Below are positions 26,509 through 34,981 of a DNA stretch of 53,844 nucleotides, in pieces. The position numbers were made by a program, and so were the translations under genes. The DNA comes from an uncultured Bacilli bacterium (lineage in GTDB: Bacteria > Bacillota_I > Bacilli_A > RF39 > UBA660). How positions within the stretch are numbered: the first letter of the stretch is position 1; each line of letters begins with the position of its first letter. The notes under the pieces are model-generated. The model was not told where the DNA came from. It ran no database searches and saw only the letters and a list, made by a program, of their open reading frames with translations. The stretch covers positions 1 through 53,844 of the forward strand of contig CALVQV010000002.1 of the NCBI GenBank assembly GCA_944358325.1, read 5' to 3'.

Positions 26509-27150
26509 ATGAAAAAGATTGTTCCGTTTAAACATGAAATACCTTTTAAAACTAAAATAAGTGAAATTACAAGTATTTCTTTAGAACACACATTACATAA
26601 AGAAGAAGGATTAGTTACAGGTGAATTTATTATTTCTGGAGAATATAAAATAGAAGATAATAGTCCAACAAATGATAAATTTAGTTATGAATTACCATTT
26701 AACATTGATTTAGATAGTCATTATGATATAAGTAATGCGATTATTGATATTAATGATTTTTATTATGAAATTTTAAATGAAGATAAGTTAGTTGTTAATA
26801 TTGAAGTAGTTATTGATAAAATTGTAGAAAAACTTATTGAAGTTGAAAAACAAGTTATTACTATTGATGCTAACGATATAGAAAGTGAGACGAATAATAA
26901 AATGGAAGATTCTAATGCACCAATTGTTGAAGAAAATAGAAATATTCAAGAAGTTGTTAGTAATATTGTCGAAATAGAAAATAAAGATTCTCTATATGTA
27001 ACATATCATATTCATATTGTGCGTGAAGGAGATACTATAAATACGATTTTAGAAAAATATCATATAACAAATGAAACATTATGCTTGTATAATGATATAA
27101 CTGATTTAAAAATAGGTGATAAATTATTAATACCTGCCAATGAAAATTAA
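26509..27150 (+). CDS. SpoVID-like spore coat morphogenetic protein (SpoVID N-domain plus C-terminal LysM)
   Basis: The N-terminal pattern F.HEIPF...ISEITSISLEH....EGLVTGEFIISGEYKIE resembles the B. subtilis SpoVID N-domain as I recall it. C-terminal LysM (VREGDTINTILEKYHITNETLCLYNDITDLKIGDKLLIP). Confidence 0.7.
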   Translation: MKKIVPFKHEIPFKTKISEITSISLEHTLHKEEGLVTGEFIISGEYKIEDNSPTNDKFSYELPFNIDLDSHYDISNAIIDINDFYYEILNEDKLVVNIEVVIDKIVEKLIEVEKQVITIDANDIESETNNKMEDSNAPIVEENRNIQEVVSNIVEIENKDSLYVTYHIHIVREGDTINTILEKYHITNETLCLYNDITDLKIGDKLLIPANEN

Positions 27151-28024
27151 TAAAATAAAAGAAATATTTGATTTACCTCTTAAAAAAGTAGAAATAAGAG
27201 GTAAATCATATATTTTAGATACTGGTGATAAAAGATTTGTTGTAAAAAAACAAATTAATAATCCTATTATTGATTATTTAAATAGTAGGGGATTTAAATA
27301 TTATCCAAATATCATAGAAGATAATGAATATAAATTAATTGAATATATTGAAGAGGTAGAAACACCTAACGAACAAAAATTATTAGACATGATTGATTTA
27401 GTAAGTTTACTTCATGCTAAAACAAGTTTTTTTAAAGAAATTGATAATGATAAATATAAAGAAATATATGAAGACATAGTAAATAATATATATTATTTAA
27501 CTAATTATTATGATGAATTAATAAAAGTAATAGAAACGAAAATTTATATGAGTCCATCTGAATATTTATTAATTCGCAATATTAGTTTTTTTTATGAAGC
27601 TTTAGCTTTTTGTAAAGAACAAGTAGAAGAATGGTATGAATTAATTAAAACAAAAGAAAAAGTAAGACAAGTTGTCTTACATAATAATTTAAATTTAGAT
27701 CATTTTTTAAAAAATACTAATTCATATTTAATAAGTTGGGATAAAAGTAAAATTGATATTCCAATTTTTGATTTATATAAACTTTATAGACGATGTGGAA
27801 GAAATTATGACTTTAGTGAAGTACTAAAACGCTATGAAAAAAATTATCCTCTTTTAATGGAAGAACGTAAATTATTTTTTATTTTAATTGCTTTACCACC
27901 AAAATTAGAATTTACAAAATCTGTTTATAATGATTGTGTTTTGTTTAATAGAGAAATAGAGTTGATGTTTAAAACAGCTAAACTATTATCACCATATTAT
28001 ACGAAAAATACAAAAACACCATAA
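27140..28024 (+). CDS. CotS/YsxE-like spore coat kinase-fold protein
   Basis: Overlaps the spoVID-like gene by 11 nt, matching the B. subtilis spoVID-ysxE order. Phosphotransferase-like layout, but the catalytic-loop region reads VLHNNLNLDHFL. Confidence 0.6.
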   Translation: MKINKIKEIFDLPLKKVEIRGKSYILDTGDKRFVVKKQINNPIIDYLNSRGFKYYPNIIEDNEYKLIEYIEEVETPNEQKLLDMIDLVSLLHAKTSFFKEIDNDKYKEIYEDIVNNIYYLTNYYDELIKVIETKIYMSPSEYLLIRNISFFYEALAFCKEQVEEWYELIKTKEKVRQVVLHNNLNLDHFLKNTNSYLISWDKSKIDIPIFDLYKLYRRCGRNYDFSEVLKRYEKNYPLLMEERKLFFILIALPPKLEFTKSVYNDCVLFNREIELMFKTAKLLSPYYTKNTKTP

Positions 28025-28168
28025 AAATAAAAATATAAAAATTAAAAATAAATTAAAACGTGTAATAAAAATAAAAGTAAGAATAATTTGATAAATTAAA
28101 AGAGTAAAAAACACACTTGTAAAAATAAACCAAATTCCGCGACATCGCCACCAATTATTATTATTCAT
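27989..28168 (-). CDS. Candidate 59-aa very hydrophobic small protein
   Basis: AGGTGA RBS 4 nt upstream of the ATG on the - strand. Sequence MNNNNWWRCRGIWFIFTSVFFTLLIYQIILTFIFITRFNLFLIFIFLFLWCFCIFRIIW. It could be an artefact of the A-rich + strand. Confidence 0.25.
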   Translation of the reverse strand: MNNNNWWRCRGIWFIFTSVFFTLLIYQIILTFIFITRFNLFLIFIFLFLWCFCIFRIIW

Positions 28169-28191
28169 AATATCACCTATAATATTATATG

Positions 28192-28221
28192 AAAAAAAAG
28201 AATAAGTTTATATTCTTTTTT
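28192..28221. terminator. Bidirectional hairpin terminator (A-run, AAAAAGAATA...TATTCTTTTT, T-run)
   Basis: 10-bp stem flanked by A8 and T6. It overlaps the stop of the - strand 166-aa ORF. Confidence 0.7.
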
Positions 28222-28708
28222 CATCGCCACCAATACCATATTTTGTACAAAAATCATCATACATAATTGAAACAACTTGACCGTTTGGGCACATTTCTTC
28301 ACATCTTACAAAATTATATGTATTTAAAATATTATGTAATTCGTTTAAATATTCATGTTGATTTTCAGTTATAACTGAGTTGTGAAATAAAGTTCCCTCA
28401 TGCTTCTTTCCACGATGATAATTGTTATAATTAGTGATATCGACAAGTACAATATAGTTTTCCTTTAATGATTCTTTAATAGTGTCTAAATAACCTTTAT
28501 TATGACATGCTTTTCTTAAATTGCGATTATTTAAAACTTTTTTAACAGCGTAAGGAATAACAAAACGATGTTGTACATCATTACCAATATTTTCATTTTT
28601 AATAGCAGTGTCACAAACATCTTTAGGTAGATCATCTAAATAGACTGGTATTGGATTTCCGTCAATATCAATAAAAAGGAATTTCGGTCTTTTTTCTATA
28701 TCAAACAT
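28208..28708 (-). CDS. Hypothetical protein (166 aa), third gene of the murT-gatD operon
   Basis: Starts 3 nt downstream of the gatD stop on the - strand. No recognisable motif. Confidence 0.6.
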   Translation of the reverse strand: MFDIEKRPKFLFIDIDGNPIPVYLDDLPKDVCDTAIKNENIGNDVQHRFVIPYAVKKVLNNRNLRKACHNKGYLDTIKESLKENYIVLVDITNYNNYHRGKKHEGTLFHNSVITENQHEYLNELHNILNTYNFVRCEEMCPNGQVVSIMYDDFCTKYGIGGDEKRI

Positions 28709-28711
28709 TAT

Positions 28712-29353
28712 TTATTCTCTCTCTTTTCTATTATATGCTTCTTCTTCTAATTTTAAATCGATTTTTTCGTGTTTATTAGTTAATTTATATACGAAATATC
28801 TTAATAATTCTGGATTTCTAACAAGAATAGGTCCTATGATATAAGTACCATAAAAATTCTTATATGTATATCCGTTTTCTAAAAAATTTAAATTTCCTTT
28901 AGTAGTGCTACCACGATTTTCAAAACCAATTATTGGTTTTGAAGTAAAAGGACAATTTAACTTTTTCTCACCAACAACTCTTTTATTAGTATCTTCTGTA
29001 TAATAATTAAATATACTTAAAGCCTTTATATGTTTATCTTTATAATTTATAAATTTACCAAACATTTCAAAAGAGTTGCCGGTTGCCAAAATAATTTTAT
29101 CATCTTCAATATATTTTTTTAAGTCATCTTTATATTTTATGAAATCTTTTAAAGCAATATGCATATTTTCTTCGGTTCCCATGCCAATATAAATAAAATC
29201 ATAATCATTTATATTAAAATCATCATCAATAGTTAAAAAATGGATATATACATCATTATTTTTTTCTAATGCGTTTTTAAGAGCTTTAATATTTCCATTT
29301 TCTCCATATAAATTTAATAAATCATAGTATAAATGTGCGATATGTATTTTCAT
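28712..29353 (-). CDS. gatD: Lipid II isoglutaminyl synthase, glutaminase subunit GatD (CobB/CobQ-like amidotransferase)
   Basis: The N-terminus IHIAHLYYDLLNLYGENGNIKAL matches the GatD pattern. It overlaps murT by 4 nt. Confidence 0.85.
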   Translation of the reverse strand: MKIHIAHLYYDLLNLYGENGNIKALKNALEKNNDVYIHFLTIDDDFNINDYDFIYIGMGTEENMHIALKDFIKYKDDLKKYIEDDKIILATGNSFEMFGKFINYKDKHIKALSIFNYYTEDTNKRVVGEKKLNCPFTSKPIIGFENRGSTTKGNLNFLENGYTYKNFYGTYIIGPILVRNPELLRYFVYKLTNKHEKIDLKLEEEAYNRKERE

Positions 29354-30663
29354 TTTTCACCTACTATTTTTCTAAATTTCTTATCTGTTCCTAAATTTAA
29401 AATACCATAAATATTTCCTTTTGAATCATCTAAATAATTTTTAATATCACCAAGATTTAAACAAATTTTAATTTTTTTAGGATTAATACCTGCTAGCTTA
29501 GCTCTAACTGCAATATCATAAGCATATGGCCCGATACAGACAAAAGAATTAATATCTTCATCTTTTAATAATTCAAAATCAATATCATATAGCCATGAAA
29601 TATCTTTATAAGGATAACGTAAACTGATATATTCAAAACCGAAAACGATTGTTTTCTTTTCTTTAATTTTTGAAATATAATTAATAGCTTGATTATAACT
29701 AGGTGCATTTTCATTTTTACCACTTAAAATATAACAATCTCTATTTTTATAAGTTAAATAATCATATCTTTTTTCTGATAATTTAATATCATTTAAAGAA
29801 AGAGTGATTTTATTTTTATCAACACCCAAAACAGCTAAAGTAGCAAAAGCAGCTACAATATTATAATATGTATAAACAATATCGGTATTTTGCTTAACTT
29901 TATATTTCTTATTTATTGTTAATTCATCACTAATGTTAGTAATTTCAAAATCGATATTTGGTCTTTTAAAATCACAATTAGGACAATAATAAGAACCAAC
30001 ATTACTAAAAGAAACATATTTATATTTTAGTTTAGTATGACACTTAGAACAATAAATAAAATCTAAGGCATTAGTAATTGGATAAGCAATAGTATCTTTA
30101 TGTTTACTAAGACCAAAGTAAGTTTTTTTACCATTGTGTTCTAAAGATAATTTTAAAGTCAAAGGGTCATCACCATTAACTATTAAATGAGTATTTTCAT
30201 TTAAAGCATCTTTAATACAATTATAAACTATTTCATAATGACCATGTCGTGGTGGTTGATCACGTGTAATATTTGTTACAACAAAATAGTTAGGTTTTAA
30301 ATATTTAGAAACTTGTTTAGTATAACGTTCATCAGTTTCAAAAACAATTGCATCAGCTTTAATATAACCATTTAATTTAGTATTTTTAATAAGTAGAGTA
30401 GCAAGGCCATATGTTAAATTATTACCGCTACGATTATGAGCTACTTTGAAACCATTTTTTTCTAATGCTTGCGCTATTAAATAAGATGTACTTGTTTTAC
30501 CACTACTACCTGTTACCATAATAACGATCTTTGGCATTTTAAAATAATTAAAAAGATGTTTGTCTAATTTTAAAGCAAGTTGTCCTGGAAGAGAACCACC
30601 ACGCTTTAGCATATTTAAAATAAATATTAAAAATTTAGTTATTAAAATAGTAAATATATGCAT
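29350..30663 (-). CDS. murT: Lipid II isoglutaminyl synthase, ligase subunit MurT (Mur ligase family)
   Basis: LPGQLALKLD then the P-loop VTGSSGKTST, a Cys4 ribbon (CSKC...CPNC), and a C-terminal DUF1727-like region. Paired with gatD. Confidence 0.9.
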   Translation of the reverse strand: MHIFTILITKFLIFILNMLKRGGSLPGQLALKLDKHLFNYFKMPKIVIMVTGSSGKTSTSYLIAQALEKNGFKVAHNRSGNNLTYGLATLLIKNTKLNGYIKADAIVFETDERYTKQVSKYLKPNYFVVTNITRDQPPRHGHYEIVYNCIKDALNENTHLIVNGDDPLTLKLSLEHNGKKTYFGLSKHKDTIAYPITNALDFIYCSKCHTKLKYKYVSFSNVGSYYCPNCDFKRPNIDFEITNISDELTINKKYKVKQNTDIVYTYYNIVAAFATLAVLGVDKNKITLSLNDIKLSEKRYDYLTYKNRDCYILSGKNENAPSYNQAINYISKIKEKKTIVFGFEYISLRYPYKDISWLYDIDFELLKDEDINSFVCIGPYAYDIAVRAKLAGINPKKIKICLNLGDIKNYLDDSKGNIYGILNLGTDKKFRKIVGEK

Positions 30664-30764
30664 ATAATCACAACCTTTTCATCTTTATTTTAGCACATAT
30701 TTTCTTCTTTTGTCGAAAAAAACACAAATAAACCAAAAAGTGCTATAGTTTTGATGGTGATTAT

Positions 30765-30968
30765 ATGGTAAAAAAGACAATAACCCTTCATAATAATGAT
30801 TTATTAATAAGTTTAAATGGTGAAGTAGATCATAGTGATTTAAGAATGTTAAAAGATTGTATCCATTATTTTAAAAAATCTTATAATATTAAAAATATTA
30901 TATTTGATACTAAAAATTTAACAAAATTACTTGATGATTTAGAAAGTTTAGATGATGAAATCATTTAA
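30765..30968 (+). CDS. Hypothetical small protein (67 aa)
   Basis: ORF with a GGTGA RBS. It weakly resembles a truncated STAS/anti-sigma antagonist fold (LISLNGEVDHSDLRMLKD), which I cannot verify. Confidence 0.4.
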   Translation: MVKKTITLHNNDLLISLNGEVDHSDLRMLKDCIHYFKKSYNIKNIIFDTKNLTKLLDDLESLDDEII

Positions 30969-30982
30969 ACAGCTTTTATTTC

Positions 30983-31011
30983 TTTACGAACATAGGTTTA
31001 GATGATATAAT
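30983..31011 (+). promoter_or_regulatory. Promoter (-35 TTTACG, 17-nt spacer, TGaTATAAT) with an embedded LexA-type box
   Basis: Hexamers at 30983-30988 and 31006-31011. Confidence 0.65.
30987..31000 (+). promoter_or_regulatory. LexA (SOS) box candidate CGAACATAGGTTTA
   Basis: Consensus left half, degenerate right half. It occupies the spacer of the promoter in front of the CHAP-dinB operon. Confidence 0.55.
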
Positions 31012-31028
31012 TAATTTAGGTGGTAAAG

Positions 31029-31700
31029 ATGAAAAAAGAAGTATTAAAAATAATTGTTAGTTCTTTAATTTTTTTCATATCTTTTCAAGTTATGTATAGT
31101 AATAGTGTGAATTTGACTTATTGTTTATTTAGTGAACAAAATGAAGAAATAAACAATAGTTATAAATCTCCAACTACTGAAGTTTTAAATTATTTAAATA
31201 GTGAAGAATATGCTTTTAAACATTATTTAGATACAGCTATTAATTATCTATCTTTAGAAAATAAAGATGCTAGTTTGGAACAAATTGCTAAGTACAATAG
31301 TATTTATCCTAATGGTGAATCATCAACACCTGGAGGTTGGTGTACAGAATTTGTTACATGGGGACTTTTGGAAGCTGATGAGTATTTAGGTACAAATCAT
31401 GTTGGAACTACTTATCCTTTGTTGGATAGTGGTTATCAAGCGGCACGTTGGTTTTCTAAGCAAAATAGATTGTATACTGAAGAGGATTATGTACCAAAAA
31501 GAGGAGACATGATGTTTTTTCAGTATTATGATTCTATTATTGATCATACAGCATTAGTTACAGGTACAAAAGAAGAAAATGGAGTTATTTATGTTTTGAC
31601 TATTGAAGGTAATATTCCATCTTTGAGTGATAAAGGTATCAAAGAACGTGTTATCCCTTTAGATGATAAATATATTTATGGATATGGTAGTTATGAATAG
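31029..31700 (+). CDS. Membrane-anchored or secreted CHAP-domain protein (putative cell-wall amidase/peptidase)
   Basis: The AGGTGG RBS fits the ATG at 31029. N-terminal hydrophobic anchor. CHAP catalytic pattern GGWCTEFVTW ... GDMMFF ... DHTALVTG ... TIEGN. Confidence 0.8.
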   Translation: MKKEVLKIIVSSLIFFISFQVMYSNSVNLTYCLFSEQNEEINNSYKSPTTEVLNYLNSEEYAFKHYLDTAINYLSLENKDASLEQIAKYNSIYPNGESSTPGGWCTEFVTWGLLEADEYLGTNHVGTTYPLLDSGYQAARWFSKQNRLYTEEDYVPKRGDMMFFQYYDSIIDHTALVTGTKEENGVIYVLTIEGNIPSLSDKGIKERVIPLDDKYIYGYGSYE

Positions 31701-32904
31701 GATTATTATGCATATTGATGTTAATAATGCCTTTCTTTCTTGGACAGCAATTGAACTTTTAAATAAAGGATATAAATATGATATAAGAAATTCTTATGCA
31801 GTAATTGGTGGTGATCCTAAAAAAAGAACAGGTATTGTTTTAGCTAAATCAACACCTGCTAAAAAAATGGGCGTTGTAACAGGTGAAACATTATATAGTG
31901 CCAAAAAGAAATGTCCTAGTTTAAGAAGTTATCCTTCTAATTATCATTTTTATAGTGAAATGTCTAAAAAGTTCATCAATATAATAAAAAAATATACGCC
32001 GGATTTAGAGCAAATGAGTATTGATGAATGTTTTATTGATTATACTCCCGTAAAGAAACTTTATGGTGATGAGTTGGAATTTGCAAAAAAAATTCAAAAA
32101 GAAATATATGATACATTAGGTTTTACGGTTAATATCGGTATTGCCAATAATAAATTATGCGCTAAAATGGCTTCTGATTTTTCGAAACCTAATAAAATTC
32201 ATACATGTTATGATTATGAAGTTAAAGAAAAATTGTGGCCATTACCTATAGGTGATTTATTTGGAATTGGTAAAAAAACGAGTGAAAAATTAATTACTTT
32301 AGGTATTAAAACAATAGGTGATTTAGCTAAAACAGATGTTGTTTTTTTGAGTAAGTATTTTAAAAATATGGCTTCTGATATGGTTAATAAAGCTAATGGT
32401 ATTGATAATTCTATTGTTGATAGTACTGATTATGAACAAAAAGGAATTGGTAATGAAATTACATTAGATCATGATGTTACTAATAAAGACGAATTATATA
32501 GTTATTTACTTGCATTATCTGAACATGTAAGTGCGCGTTTAAGAAGCAGTAATAAATATGCAAGTGTTGTAGTAGTAGTTTTAAAAGATAAATATTTTAA
32601 AAGAAAAAGTCATCAAAAGAAGATAGTTAATGCTACTAATAATACTAAAGAAATATATAATTTAGCCAAAACTATTTTAGATGAAATGTATCCTATTGAG
32701 GCTGTTAGATTAATAGGATTAAGGCTAGATAATTTATCTTTAACTTATAATCATCAAGTTTCTCTATTTGAAGATATCAGTGATAATGAATCTAATCGAG
32801 AACTTGATAAAGTGCTAGATAATTTAAAACTAAAATACGGGGATAAAATAGTAAAAAAAGCAAGTTTGATTGATAGGAAAATAGGTAAAGGTGGCGATAA
32901 GTAA
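31693..32904 (+). CDS. dinB: Y-family translesion DNA polymerase (DinB/Pol IV-UmuC-like)
   Basis: MNRIIMHIDVNNAF start (an ATGA overlap with the CHAP gene stop), then AVIGGDPKKRTGIVLAKSTPAKKMGV, SIDECFID and GIANNKLCAKMASD. The track start at 31663 looks like an N-terminal over-extension. Confidence 0.85.
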   Translation: MNRIIMHIDVNNAFLSWTAIELLNKGYKYDIRNSYAVIGGDPKKRTGIVLAKSTPAKKMGVVTGETLYSAKKKCPSLRSYPSNYHFYSEMSKKFINIIKKYTPDLEQMSIDECFIDYTPVKKLYGDELEFAKKIQKEIYDTLGFTVNIGIANNKLCAKMASDFSKPNKIHTCYDYEVKEKLWPLPIGDLFGIGKKTSEKLITLGIKTIGDLAKTDVVFLSKYFKNMASDMVNKANGIDNSIVDSTDYEQKGIGNEITLDHDVTNKDELYSYLLALSEHVSARLRSSNKYASVVVVVLKDKYFKRKSHQKKIVNATNNTKEIYNLAKTILDEMYPIEAVRLIGLRLDNLSLTYNHQVSLFEDISDNESNRELDKVLDNLKLKYGDKIVKKASLIDRKIGKGGDK

Positions 32905-33809
32905 TGAAAGATTTAACGCTTTTAATTTTAGCAGCTGGTATGGGAAGCCGTTTTGGTGGACTTAAGCAAATTGAACCAATGGGACCTAATGGGGAGTTTA
33001 TTATTGATTATTCTATTTATGATGCTATTAAAGCCGGATTTAATAAAGTTGTGTTTGTTATCAAACGTGAAAATGAACAAATCTTTAAGAAAACAATAGG
33101 AAAGCGTATTGAAAAGAAAATAAAAGTTTTATATGCTTTTCAAGATATGAATAATATTCCATTAGGATTTAAAGTTCCATCTGAAAGAACCAAACCATGG
33201 GGAACGTCACATGCTGTTTTAGCAGCTAAAGATTTAATTAATGAGCCATTCGCAATTATTAATGCCGATGACTTTTATGGCTTTGAAGCATATAAAAAAG
33301 CAGCCAATTTTCTTTCAAGTAATCATAATCAAAACAATTATTGTGTAATAGGATATAAGGTTATAAATACTTTATCAGATAATGGTGCTGTAAAAAGAGG
33401 TATTTGTTTTTCAAAAAATAATAGTTTAACATCATTAGTTGAAAGTAAAGTCTTAAAAGAAAATAATATTATTAAAGCGTATCCTTTGGATGAAAGTGAC
33501 AGTTTTACAATAGAAGATGATACTTTAGTTTCTATGAATATGTTTGGATTTATGCCTAGTATTTTCAAATATTTAGAAGATAATTTTAGTTCTTTTTTAG
33601 AAGATAATAAAAATAATATTTTAACTTGTGAATATTTGATTCCTAATGTTGTAAATAAAATAATAAGGGAAGAAAAAGTGAGTGTAAATGTTATAAAAAC
33701 AGATGCTAAATGGCTAGGAATAACATATTTAGAAGATAAAGAAAAAGTTGTTAAAGAAATTAATAAATTAATTAGTAATAATATTTATCCATATCATTTA
33801 TGGAATTAA
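32904..33809 (+). CDS. Sugar-phosphate nucleotidyltransferase-family protein
   Basis: N-terminal LILAAGMGSRFGGLKQ pyrophosphorylase signature. TAATG overlap with the dinB stop. Confidence 0.8.
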   Translation: MKDLTLLILAAGMGSRFGGLKQIEPMGPNGEFIIDYSIYDAIKAGFNKVVFVIKRENEQIFKKTIGKRIEKKIKVLYAFQDMNNIPLGFKVPSERTKPWGTSHAVLAAKDLINEPFAIINADDFYGFEAYKKAANFLSSNHNQNNYCVIGYKVINTLSDNGAVKRGICFSKNNSLTSLVESKVLKENNIIKAYPLDESDSFTIEDDTLVSMNMFGFMPSIFKYLEDNFSSFLEDNKNNILTCEYLIPNVVNKIIREEKVSVNVIKTDAKWLGITYLEDKEKVVKEINKLISNNIYPYHLWN

Positions 33810-33851
33810 CATCATTTTTGGTGTTTTTTTATGAAATATTTTATTTCTACA

Positions 33852-33880
33852 TTTACAAACAAATGTTCGTTTGGTATAAT
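33852..33880 (+). promoter_or_regulatory. Promoter (-35 TTTACA, 17-nt spacer, TGgTATAAT) with an embedded LexA-type box
   Basis: Hexamers at 33852-33857 and 33875-33880. The geometry is identical to the promoter at 30983-31011. Confidence 0.65.
33856..33869 (-). promoter_or_regulatory. LexA (SOS) box candidate (reverse complement CGAACATTTGTTTG)
   Basis: It differs from the recA box only in the two central bases and sits in the promoter spacer. Confidence 0.65.
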
Positions 33881-34010
33881 TTATTTGATATTAGAGCTCA
33901 AACTCGCTTTGTACGAGATATATTAACGTTTAACAATAATTTAATTGGGAGCAAATATATAAAGAAAGGAGGAAAATTATATAGTAAAAATGAAGAAAGG
34001 GAGGATTGAA

Positions 34011-34937
34011 ATGAAAAATGAAATTATATTATTTGAAAATCAAAATGTAAAATTAGAAGTAAATATGAAAGATGAGACAGTTTGGTTATCGCAACAACAA
34101 ATGGCACAATTATTTGGAAGAGATATTAAAACAATAAGTAAGCATATCATTAATGCTTTTAAAGAAGAATTAGATGAAAAAAGCAATTCTCAAAAAATGA
34201 GAATTGCAAATTCTGATAAGCTTGTAAATTTTTATAATTTGGATGTAATTATTAGTGTAGGTTATCGTGTTAAATCTAAAAATGGAATTATTTTTAGAAA
34301 ATGGGCTACTAAAGTTTTAAAGGATTATATGATTAGAGGTTATGTGGTTAATCAAAAAAGATTGGATTATTTGGAAAAAACAATTAAGTTAATTGATATT
34401 GCTAATCGTATGGATGAACGTTTAGAAGATAGTGATGCTAAAGGCATATTGAAAGTAATTGGTGAGTATTCTAAAGCTTTAGACTTATTAGATGATTATG
34501 ATCATAAAACAATTAAGAAAGTTAAAGGGAATAATAGTGATTTAAAAATTACTTATGACCAATGCATAGAGGTAATTAAAAAATTAAAGTTTAATGAAAA
34601 AAGTAATTTATTTGCTTTAGAAAGAAATCGTGGTTTAGAAGGTATTATTGGTAATATTTATCAAACTTATGATGGAAAGGATGTATATTTTTCAGTAGAA
34701 GAAAAAGCATCTAATTTTCTCTACATGGTTGTTAAAAATCATGTGTTTATTGATGGTAACAAGAGAATAGCTGCTACATTGTTTATTTATTTTTTGCAAT
34801 ATTATGCAATCTTATATAAAGATAATAGACAAGTTATTGATAACAACACTTTAGCGGCTTTAACTCTTCTAATTGCTGAATCTAATCCAAGAGAAAAAAA
34901 TATTATTATTGATTTAGTTATGAATTTTTTAGTTTAA
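34011..34937 (+). CDS. RhuM-family N-domain fused to a Fic/Doc-type C-domain
   Basis: The N-terminal pattern NEIILFENQNVKLEV...ETVWLSQQQMAQLFGRDIKTISKHI...YNLDVIISVGYRVKSKNGIIFRKWATKVLKDY is RhuM-like. The C-terminal HVFIDGNKRIAATL is the Doc variant (HxFxDGNKR) of the Fic motif. The GGGAGG RBS favours the ATG at 34011 over the track start at 33990. Confidence 0.8.
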   Translation: MKNEIILFENQNVKLEVNMKDETVWLSQQQMAQLFGRDIKTISKHIINAFKEELDEKSNSQKMRIANSDKLVNFYNLDVIISVGYRVKSKNGIIFRKWATKVLKDYMIRGYVVNQKRLDYLEKTIKLIDIANRMDERLEDSDAKGILKVIGEYSKALDLLDDYDHKTIKKVKGNNSDLKITYDQCIEVIKKLKFNEKSNLFALERNRGLEGIIGNIYQTYDGKDVYFSVEEKASNFLYMVVKNHVFIDGNKRIAATLFIYFLQYYAILYKDNRQVIDNNTLAALTLLIAESNPREKNIIIDLVMNFLV

Positions 34938-34981
34938 TATTATAAAAATAATTGCTATTATCATAATAATAATGGTGATTT

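Noticed and set aside
28021-28140. The extremely A-rich 120-nt tract, considered as a replication or curvature element or a degenerate repeat array.
   Set aside because: I found no periodic repeat unit and no DnaA-box-like motifs. It is better explained as the coding strand complement of a T-rich, possibly hydrophobic small ORF, or as plain intergenic AT-rich DNA.
33800-34009. 69-aa + strand ORF upstream of the RhuM-Doc gene.
   Set aside because: It spans the promoter hexamers and the LexA-type box, has no RBS, and its hydrophobic, odd composition is typical of AT-rich non-coding sequence.
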